Positions 24,671 through 37,159 of a stretch of 64,000 nt of DNA are shown one piece after another. How positions within the stretch are numbered: the first letter of the stretch is position 1; each line of letters opens with the position of its first letter. The translations under genes and the position numbers were made by a program. The notes beneath the pieces are model-generated. The model had not been told where the DNA came from. It did no database searches and was given only the letters and a program-made list of their open reading frames with translations. Source of the stretch: Stegostoma tigrinum (taxonomy: Eukaryota); the NCBI RefSeq assembly GCF_030684315.1, contig NC_081387.1, forward strand, positions 26,592,647 through 26,656,646. Reading direction: 5' to 3'.

Positions 24671-25497
24671 ACTATAATTTCAAATTAACAAGGTAGTTTA
24701 TAGGAAACAATTGGTTTCTATCTATCTAGTCTTTATTCATTTTTGTGAGATTAATAGTGAGCAGTTATTATCATTTCAGGCATAATGAGCTTCAACAGCT
24801 TCCCTTTGTTCAGGACTGGTTGGGGAAAGCTGTCATTTGACTCTGTAGACTGCAAGGTCCACACATTGCAATTTTGTGACATGCCAGGATGATGATGGTT
24901 TTGTTCTGTCCTGTAGCTACTGATTGGAATCTATTTAAAAATTGTGGTCAGTTTGCATCACGTGATCAATAGTGGCATGCTTTAGTTCAGCAAAATCCAT
25001 TTAATAATTTAAGCAAGTACAGCTTTTAAATCAATTAATGACCTGTTGATGTTTTGAGGATAAAGCAATATCCATGAAAGAGACTGATAGATTTCCATAG
25101 GATAAGGACATCAAGAGATATGGGGGTAGAATGTAAAAAACAGTTGGATGTAGAAAAGCAACACTGAATTTATTGAGTGGTAAAGCAGGCTTGAGGGGTG
25201 AATGGCCTGCCAAGTATCTCCAGTATTTTCTGTCCTGAATCATGCAGGAATGAGGTTGTTAAATTACATAATTTTTCAGAATTTTTTTCTGTTTTTCACA
25301 ATACAGTAACAAAATTAGAAATATACAGAAGACCAAAGCTTTAAAAAAGTCCATGGAGAGCATAAGATTTAAACATCCTGAACATTTATCACTTTTGCTC
25401 CTCACTTGAAGGCAAGCTTATCACAATTAAATACTTTAACTAAGGTATTTTAACCCACTACACTTGCTCAACTATTAGATCAAAGTGAACCAAGGAG

Positions 25498-25650
25498 AAA
25501 TTTATACAGAGATATTGGGAACTGCAGATGCTGGAGAATCCGAGATAACAAAGTGTGGAGCTGGATGAACACAGCAGGCCAAGCAGCATCTTAGGAGCAC
25601 AAAAGCTGACGTTTCGGGCCTAGACCCTTCATCAGAAAAGCAAATTTATA
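25498..25650 (-). mobile_element. Solo Penelope pLTR end with intact hammerhead (25608-25635), 9-bp TSD
   Basis: aaatttata at 25498-25506 and 25642-25650; rc CTGATGAagggtctaggcccGAAACGTC. Confidence 0.8.
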
Positions 25651-26291
25651 TAAGTCATCACTATATTGGTAATGAATATCTGAGCTTCAAATAATGCTGC
25701 TTCGGGGTTCTTGTTTTGCAGTGGGACAGAAGGTCCAAGTGCAAGTCTCATCTGCCCCATTGGTTTGTCACAACATGCCTGAACAGGTTGGTTTTAAAAA
25801 AAAGCCTTTTAGGCAATAATATTTGTGGCTGAGCAACTAAGGTTGTAGACTTGAAACCTAAAAGTGCTTGTGTAACTTAGTGGCCACATGATCAAAACTC
25901 CATTCTCTATCAAGTCATGTCACCTAATCTCCCACTGCTAAGTGTGCGGGTGATTAGCCCTGTTAAGTATTTTGATGGAAAGTTGCGTAATTCATACTTG
26001 TTGGTGTGTATCATTCCACCAAGTACTGATACATTTAGTTTCCATGGTGGCTTAGTGATTAAGATTTGTACTCCTACTGCTGTACCCTACATTCAATTTC
26101 CAGGCAAGGAGCAACAATTTTTAAACAGTCTTCTGATGCAGTGGCAGGGTGCCCATCTGTCTTGGAAGTGTGTCACAGTTCCAGTCGATTTACTTGAATT
26201 TTGAGAGAAGCTTGATTTAGCTGTCAATGATCCCTCACTATTGTCTTTCCATGGACTGAAAAATATTTACTCCCCTTTTTTCTCCTGACGT

Positions 26292-26326
26292 CACCTGACG
26301 AAGGAGCAGTGCTCAGAAAGCTTGTG
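26292..26326 (+). ncRNA. Minimal hammerhead ribozyme motif, second family
   Basis: cac-CTGACGA-aggagc agt gctca-GAAA-gctt-gtg; followed by a conserved ~85-nt tail shared with 15529-15650. Confidence 0.55.
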
Positions 26327-27450
26327 ATTTCAAATAAACATGTTGGACTATAACCAAGTGTTGTGTGACTTCTTACTTTGTCCACCCAGTCTAACACTGA
26401 CATCTCCACACCAGGTTCCCCTTTAATGGATGGGAAAAACTTCCATTTGACACCCAAGCTAAACTGTCCCTAACTGAGCAGCCTGCTAGGCTATTTGAGA
26501 GCACTGTTAATAACCACATTGCTAAAGGCTCATGTGGTGCAGATGTAGAGCTCCTACTCCTGGATCGACAGGCCCACGTTCAAGTCTCACCTGCTCCACA
26601 GGAGTGTAATAGCATCTCTGAGCAGGTTGATTTTTAAAATAATTTATAACCATGTTGTTGCTCTAGGTCTAGGTTCACACAGACATGACCAAGTAAGCAT
26701 GTCAGACTTCCTTGCGAAAACATACAATGGCCAGCTGGTATAATAACAACATTTAAAAATGCATCTGGGTAGGTGTAGAAATAGGAAGGGTTTAGAAGAA
26801 TGTGGGCCAAATGCTGGCAAATAGGGCTAGATTCATTGAAGACATCTGATTAGCATGGAAGAGTTGAACTGAAGGGTCTGATTCCATGCTGTACAAGTCT
26901 ATGACTCTATTTCATCGCTACAAAGCTTTTAATTCCAGATTTAGGAATTAAGTTTAAAGTCCAGCAGATACCATAGAATCATATGATCCCTACAATGCAG
27001 AAAGAGGCCAGTCAGCCCATCGAATCTGCACTGACCCTCTGAACAGCATTCCTCTCAGACCCATATGTTTATATAATTGCCATTGCAAGTTGATTTGAAT
27101 GAACATAGGTGACAGTGGGAATAGTACATTTCTTGACCATTCTAGTTCTTTTCCTTCGGGTAGACACCTTTACTTTGCAGAAAATGCAAGTGACCTGCTC
27201 TGCTACTTCAGAAGCCATTATTAGGTAGGAGTCAAGTGTGGGGGCAGCGTTAACATTTCAGACTCTGAACCTCAGGACACTCCCTATCTCTTACTGAAAC
27301 AGTTGGAATTTTAAACAAGCCTTGTAGTCTTGGGTGTGAGGGAGTGGAAATGGTACAATTTATTGGCTGTAATTTGAGAACTCTTGAAACGTTAAACCAG
27401 AAGTACTCTTCAGGGGACAAAAGTGTAAAACAAAATTCAAATCAGTGACG

Positions 27451-27827
27451 GTTCCCATGGCAACTAGTACCGGGCAAACGTCATTACATCGCAATAATGG
27501 TTTAAACATGATGAACTAGCCCCCAGTCTGTACCACTTTTAACTGGAGGCCATTTCTTTTGGGCCTAACGGTGCGAATCTAACGGTTCATATTCAATTCA
27601 AATTTGAATTCGTCCAGCGTCATCTCTACACGTGCTGAAACTTTCCATAGGCGCCAACGTCACAATCGGCGGATCGCGCCCACGCACTGGTCCCGTCCCC
27701 GTCTGCCTTAGTCCGGTCGGTCATTGGTCGAACCGTTGCTATGGTGCGGTGATCTGTCACGGCCATTGGACGACGAGCACGTCAATCCAGTGGTTGGTTC
27801 CCACGACGGGCGCCGAAGGCTATAAAT
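27451..27827 (+). promoter_or_regulatory. HSP70-3 promoter: RFX X-box, 3 CRE/ATF half sites, 2 CCAAT, TATA; no canonical HSE seen
   Basis: GTTCCC-AT-GGCAAC 27451-27464; ACGTCA 27478, 27657, 27779; ATTGG 27723, 27765; partial X-box GTTGCTATGG 27735; TATAAAT 27821. Confidence 0.75.
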
Positions 27828-27956
27828 CGGCCTTAGACGGGTGCGGGGTGGCAGAAGAAGACACGAAGAGGTGGGGGTTAGAAACAGAGTGCTACGGCGT
27901 GGTGGTGTGGCCGAGCTATTGCAGCCCCAGGAGGCCGTTTGAGACAGGTTTGATAG

Positions 27957-29876
27957 ATGGCAAGCAGGGGGACAGCCATTGGTATTGACCTGGGCACCAC
28001 CTACTCCTGTGTCGGGGTCTTCCAACATGGCAAGGTGGAGATCATCGCCAATGACCAGGGCAACCGCACCACCCCCAGCTACGTGGCCTTCAATGACACC
28101 GAGAGGCTCATTGGAGATGCTGCCAAGAACCAGGTAGCTCTGAACCCACCCAACACCATCTTTGATGCCAAGAGACTCATTGGCAGGAAATATAATGACC
28201 CGGTTGTCCAGTCTGACATGAAGCACTGGCCCTTCCAGGTGGTGAATGATGCAGGGAAGCCAAAGGTCAAAGTCGAGTACAAGGGTGAAGATAAGACCTT
28301 TTACCCTGAGGAAATCTCTTCTATGGTGCTGACCAAGATGAAGGAGATCGCTGAGGCCTACCTAGGCTACACTGTCACTAATGCTGTTATCACAGTACCT
28401 GCTTATTTCAATGACTCCCAGCGCCAGGCAACCAAAGATGCTGGTGTGATCGCTGGTCTCAATGTCTTACGGATCATTAATGAGCCAACAGCAGCTGCCA
28501 TTGCCTATGGCCTGGACAAGAAGGGCAGAGGAGAACGCAATGTTCTCATCTTTGACCTGGGGGGTGGCACCTTCGATGTGTCTATTCTCACCATTGACGA
28601 TGGTATCTTTGAAGTGAAATCGACGGCAGGTGACACCCACTTGGGTGGAGAGGACTTTGATAACCGCATGGTCAATCACTTCATTGATGAGTTCAAACGT
28701 AAATACAGAAAGGAGATCAGTGACAACAAGAGGGCAGTGAGGAGGCTGAGGACAGCCTGTGAAAGAGGCAAGAGAACCCTGTCTTCCAGCACACAAGCAA
28801 GTGTTGAGATTGACTCTTTGTATGAAGGCATTGACTTCTACACCTCCATCACCAGGGCTCGGTTTGAAGAACTGAATATCGACCTGTTTAGAGGCACTCT
28901 GGAACCCGTGGAGAAAGCTCTCAGAGATGCCAAATTGGATAAAGCTCAAGTTAATGATATAGTCCTGGTTGGAGGCTCCACCCGCATCCCCAAGATCCAG
29001 AAATTGCTGCAAGATTTCTTCAATGGCAGAGATTTAAATAAGAGCATCAATCCTGATGAGGCTGTGGCCTATGGGGCAGCTGTTCAAGCAGCTATTCTGA
29101 TGGGGGACAAGTCTGAGAATGTCCAAGATCTACTGCTACTGGATGTTACTCCGCTATCATTGGGTCTGGAGACAGCAGGAGGTGTCATGACCACACTCAT
29201 CAAGCGTAACACCACCATTCCCACCAAGCAGACACAGATCTTTACCACATATTCTGACAGTCAACCTGGTGTTTTGATCCAAGTATATGAAGGAGAGAGA
29301 GCAATGACTAAGGACAACAACCTCTTGGGCAAATTCGACCTCAGTGGGATCCCTCCTGCGCCACGTGGTGTACCACAGATTGAGGTCACCTTTGATATTG
29401 ATGCAAATGGCATCTTGAATGTGTCAGCTGTGGACAAGAGCACTGGCAAAGAGAGCAAAATCACCATCACTAATGACAAGGGCAGATTGAGTAAGGAGGA
29501 GATTGACAGGATGGTGCAGGAAGCAGAAAGATACAAAGGACAGGATGATATGCAGCGTGAGAAAATTGCAGCCAAGAATTCCCTGGAGTCATATGCATTC
29601 AACATGAAGAGTTCAGTGGAGGAAGAGAAAACGAAAGGCAAGATCAGTGAGGAAGACAAGAACAAAGTCATTGAAAAGTGTAACCAGGCCATATCTTGGC
29701 TGGAGGCAAACCAAGCAGCAGAGAAGGAGGACTTTGAGCAGCAATTGAAAGATTTAGAAAAAGTATGCAAACCCATCATTGCCAAACTCTACCAGGGAGG
29801 TATGCCTGAAGGGCCATTCTCAGAACAAGTCAAAAAGGACCCTTCTGGTGGACCAACAATTGAAGAAGTTGATTGA
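27957..29876 (+). CDS. hsp70: Intronless cytosolic HSP70 (copy 3, 639 aa)
   Basis: HSP70 signatures, canonical [13 protein letters not shown] linker, GPTIEEVD end; ATTAAA 30063, AATAAA 30365. Confidence 0.97.
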   Translation: MASRGTAIGIDLGTTYSCVGVFQHGKVEIIANDQGNRTTPSYVAFNDTERLIGDAAKNQVALNPPNTIFDAKRLIGRKYNDPVVQSDMKHWPFQVVNDAGKPKVKVEYKGEDKTFYPEEISSMVLTKMKEIAEAYLGYTVTNAVITVPAYFNDSQRQATKDAGVIAGLNVLRIINEPTAAAIAYGLDKKGRGERNVLIFDLGGGTFDVSILTIDDGIFEVKSTAGDTHLGGEDFDNRMVNHFIDEFKRKYRKEISDNKRAVRRLRTACERGKRTLSSSTQASVEIDSLYEGIDFYTSITRARFEELNIDLFRGTLEPVEKALRDAKLDKAQVNDIVLVGGSTRIPKIQKLLQDFFNGRDLNKSINPDEAVAYGAAVQAAILMGDKSENVQDLLLLDVTPLSLGLETAGGVMTTLIKRNTTIPTKQTQIFTTYSDSQPGVLIQVYEGERAMTKDNNLLGKFDLSGIPPAPRGVPQIEVTFDIDANGILNVSAVDKSTGKESKITITNDKGRLSKEEIDRMVQEAERYKGQDDMQREKIAAKNSLESYAFNMKSSVEEEKTKGKISEEDKNKVIEKCNQAISWLEANQAAEKEDFEQQLKDLEKVCKPIIAKLYQGGMPEGPFSEQVKKDPSGGPTIEEVD

Positions 29877-31225
29877 AACTTTAACTGTCTTGAATGTAAT
29901 ATCTTTTTCAGTTGGTCTCTCTTCTCCCCCAACCTCCCTGAATTTGCAGCTGTCCTTTAGAATGTTTGTGTCCTTCGTAAATCCAGCTGATTTGGACAGT
30001 GTTTGCGTGGTTCGATAAATGATTGCATACATTTCCAATGTTTAGGTGTTTGGATGGTGGCAATTAAACGTGTCAATGGTGATTTTTTTTCTGCAAACTG
30101 TTTCCTGTATGTTTTGTACATTGAGTGCTTTATGTTCCTTTAGCTGGTAATGGAGGCAAAGAGCATTCTCAGTGCTTTCTTAGTTTTCTGCATAACTACA
30201 AGGATGCACCATATGATTCAGAGATTCAGTCACTTGTCATTAATCCTGAGATATTAATGTTAGGACAGGTTATACTTGCAGTTAAGCTAGTCAGCTATCT
30301 TTTTTTGTCATGTAGAACACACGAAGAATTAACCTGAGATGTAGTTGGAATACTGTTCCCTTATAATAAACAACATAGATTCCATTTTCATATGGGCCAT
30401 GAAAAGGTGACATTACAAGAATTGGCAGTCTTTGCAGACTTAATTTGCATGCAACTACTGGGGAAAATAATCACATCTAAAAATCTTTGTTGGAAAATGC
30501 ATAACATCCGAGCAGTAGCTATAAATATTAGTTTCTCTCCGTGTACGACCAATTTTCAGATGATGTCCTCTGTACTCCACAAAAAGCTTGTATAACAATT
30601 TGAATGATTTCTTACTCTAAACATGAATGCTAAATTCTATTGTATAATATCGCTGTAACCTTAGGGTTTGTTTTTACTTTGTGATCATGTATTAAACTTG
30701 CCTCATTATACATTACTGTACCCAAAATAACTTAATTCTAATTGGATGTAGAACATATAATTTTAGAAAACTATCCTTGTGACTTCCTCTGGCAACTTGA
30801 TTTTCTCAAACTACATGAAATTTAAAGTCACCCGTGATAAACATACTGTCTTTTTTTACAGGCTCTTATTTTCTCCCTGATCTATTCTCTGTCCTAAAGA
30901 AAAGCTGCTAGTGGGTTTGTAGACTACTCCCAGCAGCAGCATTTTCCCATTGTTATTTCTTTAGCCTCCACTTATATGGATTATACAGCACGAGTTTCCA
31001 AGATCATTTCTTGTTATTTGTACTTATTGCATCTAAACCAATAACAAAGCTATCCCATGGGTCTTCCTGCATGTCTTTCTGAATAATCACATACCCCACT
31101 ATATAGTTCCCAGCTTTATAAAAACATTTCCATAATGTCCATGGGATCACACTCATTCATCTCTATTTGTGCCATTAATTCATTAATTTTGTTCTCAATA
31201 CTTAGCAGTATACCTAAAAACAAAT

Positions 31226-31520
31226 GGTGGCTCAGTGGTTAGCATGGCTGCCTTGCAGGCCTAGGGACATGGATTCCATTCCACCCTTGGGCAACTGTCT
31301 GTGTGGAGCTTGCACATTCTCCCTGCGTCTGCATTAGTTTCTTCCCACAGTCCAAAGATGTGCAGATTAGGTGGGCTGGCCATGCTAAGTTGCCTGTAGT
31401 GTTCAGGGATGGGTAGCATAGGTGCGTTATAGGGGGATGGCTCTTGATGGGATGCTCCAAGGGTCAGTGTGGACCTGTTGTGCTGAAGGGCCTGTTTTCA
31501 CACTGTAGGGATTCTATGAT
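31226..31520 (+). mobile_element. tRNA-derived SINE (HE1-like)
   Basis: ggtggctcagtggttagc head, same core and tail as 14476-14785. Confidence 0.8.
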
Positions 31521-31959
31521 TCAAACTCTGTTTGCACACTATAAAATCTTCACTGACTGTCAGTGCTCCATTGCAATGAGTTAAAAAGTTAGTTAAAGCA
31601 GAAAGATTTTTAAAAAATTCACCTGTGGGACCTGGGTGTCGCTGGCTGGGCCAACATTCAGTGCCTGCCCTTGACTAGGTGGTGGTGATCTAACTTCTTG
31701 AACAACTGCAGTCCACATGCCATAGGCAGACTCTCAATGCCGTTTGGGACAGATTTCCAGGATTTTGACCGAGCAACACCGAAGGAGTGGCAATATATTT
31801 CCAAGTCAGGATGGTGAATAGTTCAGAAGTAACTTACAAATGTTGGTGTTCCCATGTATCTACTGCCCTTGTCCTTCTAGATGGTAGCAGTTGTGGGGTT
31901 GGAAGGTACTTTCTAAGGATTTTTGGTGCATTGCTGCAGTGCATCCTGTGATTTTTTTT

Positions 31960-32510
31960 GTGGCTCTGATTACAGGAATTGGGGCATCATGTTATATGAA
32001 ACATTGATATGGCCATATCTGGATTAATCATATAGTCCTAGTTGTCTTGCAGTGAGAAGGAGGTTATTAAATTGGAAAGGGTGCAAAAAAGTTTTGCAAT
32101 GATGTTACTGATACTGGAAGATTTGAGGCAGAAGGACATGCTGGGACTTTTCTCCCTGGAGCATAGGAGGCTGAGGGATGACCTTATAGAGGTTTATAAA
32201 GTTGTGAGAGGGCATAGATAAAGTGAATAGCCAAGGTCTTTCCCCTGAGGTAGGGGAGTCCAAAACTAGAGGGCATAGGTTTAAGGTGAGGGAAAATATT
32301 TCACACAGGCTTGGTTTGTATGTGGAATGAAATGCCAGTGCTAGAGACAGGTACAATTACAACATTTCAAAGAAATTTGGATAGGTACATAGGAAAGTTG
32401 AGAGGGATATGGGCCAAACTCAGGCAAATGGGACTAGTTCAGTTTTGGAAACCAGGCTGGCATAGATGAGTTGGACCAAAGGGTCCATTTCTGTGCTGTA
32501 TGACTCTATG
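31960..32510 (+). mobile_element. CR1 LINE 3' fragment
   Basis: ttctccctggagcataggaggctgagggatgacc...tail tatgactctatg. Confidence 0.75.
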
Positions 32511-33389
32511 ATTGAACGAGCTGCAAATCAAGTGGGCTACTTTGTGCAGGATGGTGTCACACTTTCCGAGTGTTGTTGCTGTGCAATTGGGTCCTGGTCA
32601 TGCTGCAAAGCAGGCTGCACCCACTAGAATATTATCTTGTTTTCAGGAAACCTGGACCATTGCAATCCCAATGCCAGTAGTAATAAAATCAAAAAGTGCA
32701 GGTGATACCCATCAATGGGTATAGTGGAATTTTGTTGGATTGTTAATGGGCAATTAAAGTTGTTAATTTGTTGGTTACATTGTTGATTTTGAAGAACACT
32801 GTCAGGATTTTAATTTCTTTGTGTTACACTCTTTGTTGCCTTGTTTGAATCTTCGTTGATAAATGCTGTTAAATATTTGTAGTAAAGTTAATGTTGTAGC
32901 ATTAAAACTGAAAACTTAAAATCTTTGTTGCTTTAAAAGCAGTTTTTTTCAATGTAATGTTTTTCTTCACTGCGCTATTATTGTAAGGTTGTTTCAGGAT
33001 CCTTTAGCTCATACACAACAGCTAATAATGAAGCTGACGATAGTTGGTTTTGGAAAGCTACGCTGTAGAATTCCTGCAGAGATGTTCTGATGTTAAGATA
33101 ACTGGCCTCTGACAAAGACAATTGTCTTCCATTGAGATAGGTGAGGTTAAATGGAGAATTTACTCACTGATTCCCAATGTCTTTAATTTTGCCAGGGCTT
33201 GTTGATGCAGTACACAATTTAATGCTTCCTTGAAGTGAAGGGTAGTCACTCTCATCTCATCTCGGAGAGGAAATCTTTTGTTTATGTTTGGCCTAAGGCT
33301 GCAAAGAGTTCGGCAGCCAAGTGGTCTTGGCCAACAAATGCGCGTTAGTGAGTAGGTTATGTACTGAATAAGGGCTACTTTATCACAGA

Positions 33390-33572
33390 ATAGAATTCCT
33401 GCAATGTGGAAGCAGGCCATTGGTCTATCAGGTCCACATTGACCCTCCGAAGTGCATCCCCTATCCTATCCCTGCATTTCCCATGTGCAAACTCTAGACA
33501 GACAATTGCCCAAGGCTAGAATTGAACCTGGGTTCTCTGGTGCTGGGAGGCTAACCACTGAGCCACATGCTA
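33390..33572 (-). mobile_element. Internally deleted SINE
   Basis: ctaaccactgagccac (rc A box), aattgaacctggg (rc B box), tail. Confidence 0.65.
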
Positions 33573-33984
33573 ACCTTGATAGCACTGTCAATGACAATTT
33601 CCATCGTTTTACTCATGATTGATAGTAAACTGATGGGGTGCTAATTGACAGAAATTAATTTTTCTAGATTTTGTCAATAAGAAACAACGGTGACTTTTCA
33701 CATTGTTGTTAGATAAACGGTAGCATTGTAGCTGTACTAGAACCGCTTGAGCAGAGGTACAGCTAGTTTTGGAGCACAAGCCTTCACTATGACAGCTGGA
33801 ATGCTTTCAGAGCCCATGCATTAGGAACTGCATCGAAGTTGTAACCACAGAAAAAAAAGTTATACACATCACCTGTGGTCCTTTTGCCAATCACTTTAAA
33901 ATCAATGTCCTCTGATACTACTCCTATAAATGGAAACTGTTCTCTCCACTTGCTCGTTCTGGATTCCTCATGATTTTGAACACT

Positions 33985-34740
33985 TATAGAACATAGAACA
34001 TTACAGCACAGTACAGGTCCTTCGGCCCTCGATGTTGTGCCGACCTGTCAGACCAATCTGAAGCCCATCTAACCTACACTATTCCATGTACGTCCATATG
34101 CTTGTCCAATGATGACTTAAATGTACTTAAAGTTGGTGAATCTACTACCGTTGCAGGCAAAGCGTTCCATTCCCTTACTACTCTCTGAGTAAAGAAACTA
34201 CATCTGGCACCTGTCCTGTATCTTTCACCCCTCAGTTTATGCTCCCTCGTGCTTGCCGTCACCATCCTAGAAAAAAGGTTCTCCCTATTAGTGGGCGGCA
34301 CGGTGGCTCAGTGGTTAGCACTGTAGCCTCACAGCACCAGGGACCCGGGTTCGATTCCAGCCTCGGGCAACTGTCTGTGTGGAGTTTGCACATTCTCCCC
34401 GTGTCTGCATGGGTTTCCTCCCACAGAATCCAAAGATGTGCAGGTTAGGTGGATTGGCCATGCTAAATTGCCCACAGTGTTCAGGGTTGTGTGGGTTCAC
34501 AGGGGATGGGTCTGGGTGGGATGCTCCAAGAGGCAGTGTGGATTTGTTGGGCCAAAGGGCCTGTTTCCACACTGTAGGGAATCTAATCTATCCACCCTAC
34601 CTAACCCTCTGATTATTTTATATGTCTCAATTAAGTCACCTCTCAACCTTCTTCTCTCTAATGAAAACAGCCTCAAGTCCCTCAGCCTTTCCTCGTAAGA
34701 CCTTCCCTCCATACCAGGCAACATCCTAGTAAATCTCCTC
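33985..34740 (-). mobile_element. CR1 3' fragment interrupted by a SINE
   Basis: (atagaac)n tail at 33986; RT end [16 protein letters not shown] continues across the SINE. Confidence 0.8.
34293..34590 (+). mobile_element. Young tRNA-derived SINE nested in CR1
   Basis: Perfect A box tggctcagtgg 34304-34314 and B box ggttcgattcc 34348-34358; aatct-type tail. Confidence 0.88.
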
Positions 34741-35454
34741 TCAAATTCCTGTCACCTCAGGGGAACAAAGACAACTTCTCCAATCTTGTCAAATAACTGA
34801 AGTCCCTCATCCCGGGATGTAATCTTTTCCGCAGTGTCATTAATGCTTTCCCAATTTTGTAAAATGCCAAGCCAGGAATTATACACAGTATTTCAGTTGA
34901 AACCAAAACAGTTTCCTTGCTTTTGTACCCCCTGCCTCTATTTATTAAGCCCACAATCCTATTTGTTTTCCAACCACACTCTCAACCTGCAATGTTACCT
35001 TCAATGATTTATGTGCATATACTCCCAGGTCTCTCTTCGTTCACCCCATTAGAATTGTATCCTTTAGTTTGCATTATCTCTCCTCACTCTTCCAATCAAA
35101 ATGCATCACACTACGATTCTCTATTTTTGCTGTCACTTAGTTGTTCATGTCTTCAGCTTCTCTATGCACTCTTGAAGTCTGTCACTAAATGTCTTACTGT
35201 TTCCTTGCTCTGTGTCATCTGCTAATTTCAAGATTGTATCCGTTACACCAAAGAGTAGTCAGTGATATATATTAGGATGAAGAAGTCAAAGTCATTGGGT
35301 AATGCCATTGTTCAACATCCTGCAGTCTGGAAAAAAAAACTGTTCACTAATATCAGAGATAATGGGAACTGCAGATGCTGGAGATTCCAAGATAATAAAA
35401 TGTGAGGCTGGATGAACACAGCAGGCCAAGCAGCATCTCAGGAGCACAAAAGCT

Positions 35455-35482
35455 GACGTTTCGGGCCTAGACCCTTCATCAG
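35455..35482 (-). ncRNA. Minimal hammerhead ribozyme in Penelope pLTR
   Basis: rc CTGATGA-a-gggt ctag gccc-GAAAC-GTC: intact core, stem II, palindromic ACGT stem III, GUC cleavage triplet. Confidence 0.75.
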
Positions 35483-36724
35483 AGAGGGGGATGGGGGGAG
35501 GGAACTGGAATAAATAGGGAGAGAGGGGGAGGCGGACCGAAGATGGAGAGTAAAGAAGATAGGTGGAGAGAGTGTAGGTGGGGAGGTAGGGAGGGGATAG
35601 GTCAGTCCAGGGAAGACGGACAGGTCAAGGAGGTGGGATGAGGTTAGTAGGTAGCTGGGGGTGCGGCTTGGGGTGGGAGGAAGGGATGGGTGAGAGGAAG
35701 AACCGGTTAGGAAGGCAGAGACAGGTTGGACTGGTTTTGGGATGTAGTGGGTGGGGGGGGGGGAAGAGCTGGGCTGGTTGTGTGGTGCAGTGGGGGGAGG
35801 GGATGAACTGGGCTGGTTTAGGGATGCAGTGGGGGAAGGGGAGATTTTGAAACTGGTGAAGTCCACATTGATACCATATGGCTGCAGGGTTCCCAGGCGG
35901 AATATGAGTTGCTGTTCCTGCAACCTTCGGGTGGCATCATTGTGGCAGTGCAGGAGGCCCATGATGGACATGTCATCAAGAGAATGGGAGGGGGAGTGGA
36001 AATGGTTTGCGACTGGGAGGTGCAGTTGTTTGACATTCCACATTAAGCAGAGGTTCACCTGCACATCTGCCAATGTGGTATACTGCATCCACTGTACCCG
36101 GTGTGGCTTCCTCTACATTGGGGAAACCAAGCGGAGGCTTGGGGACCGCTTTGCAGAACACCTCCGCTCGGTTCGCAACAAACAACTGCACCTCCCAGTC
36201 GCAAACCATTTCCACTCCCCCTCCCATTCTCTTGATGACATGTCCATCATGGGCCTCCTGCACTGCCACAATGATGCCACCCGAAGGTTGCAGGAACAGC
36301 AACTCATATTCCGCCTGGGAACCCTGCAGCCATATGGTATCAATGTGGACTTCACCAGTTTCAAAATCTCCCCTTCCCCCACTGCAGCCCTAAACCAGCC
36401 CAGTTCATCCCCTCCCCCCACTGCACCACACAACCAGCCCAGCTCTTCCCCCCCACCCACTACATCCCAAAACCAGTCCAACCTGTCTCTGCCTCCCTAA
36501 CCGGTTCTTCCTCTCACCCATCCCTTCCTCCCACCCCAAGCCGCACCCCCATCTACCTACTAACCTCATCCCACCTCCTTGACCTGTCCGTCTTCCCTGG
36601 ACTGACCTATCCCCTCCCTACCTCCCCACCTACACTCTCTCCACCTATCTTCTTTACTCTCCATCTTCGGTCCGCCTCCCCCTCTCTCCCTATTTATTCC
36701 AGTTCCCTCCCCCCATCCCCCTCT

Positions 36725-36752
36725 CTGATGAAGGGTCTAGGCCCGAAACGTC
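36725..36752 (+). ncRNA. Minimal hammerhead ribozyme in Penelope pLTR
   Basis: CTGATGAagggtctaggcccGAAACGTC, intact core. Confidence 0.75.
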
Positions 36753-37159
36753 AGCTTTTGTGCTCCTGAGATGCTGCTTGGCCTGCTGTGTTCATCCAGC
36801 CTCACATTTTATTATCTTGTTCACTAATATGCTGTGTTTCCTGTCCATGCTGCCATTGTCCCTTTTAGTTTATGGGTTGCAACTTGGCATGTAATCTTGC
36901 TATTTGTCCCTTTGTCAAATGCTGTCTGGAAGTTTATGAACACCACATCCACAGTAACACCCTCATCAACCCACTTTCTGACCTTATTTAAAAAGAAACA
37001 GATTAATTGACATTTCACCATTAACAAGATCATGCTGATTTTCCCTAACTTATCCAAGTTAATAATATGTCCCATATTATTATTATAAAGTAAGTGTAAG
37101 TGTATCTGTGGAATTCTTTGCTGTAGAAAGTTGTCAAGGCTGTATCATTAAATGTATTC

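Larger units (their letters stand above)
35341..36830. mobile_element. Young fold-back Penelope-like element (~640-bp inverted arms), 13-bp TSD
   Basis: tgttcactaatat at 35341-35353 and 36818-36830; inversion junction ~36031; GIY-YIG coding 36033-36370. Confidence 0.92.

Noticed and set aside
34293-34365. tRNA-like sequences with A/B boxes
   Set aside because: Heads of dispersed SINEs continuing into a shared core and tail; not tRNA genes.
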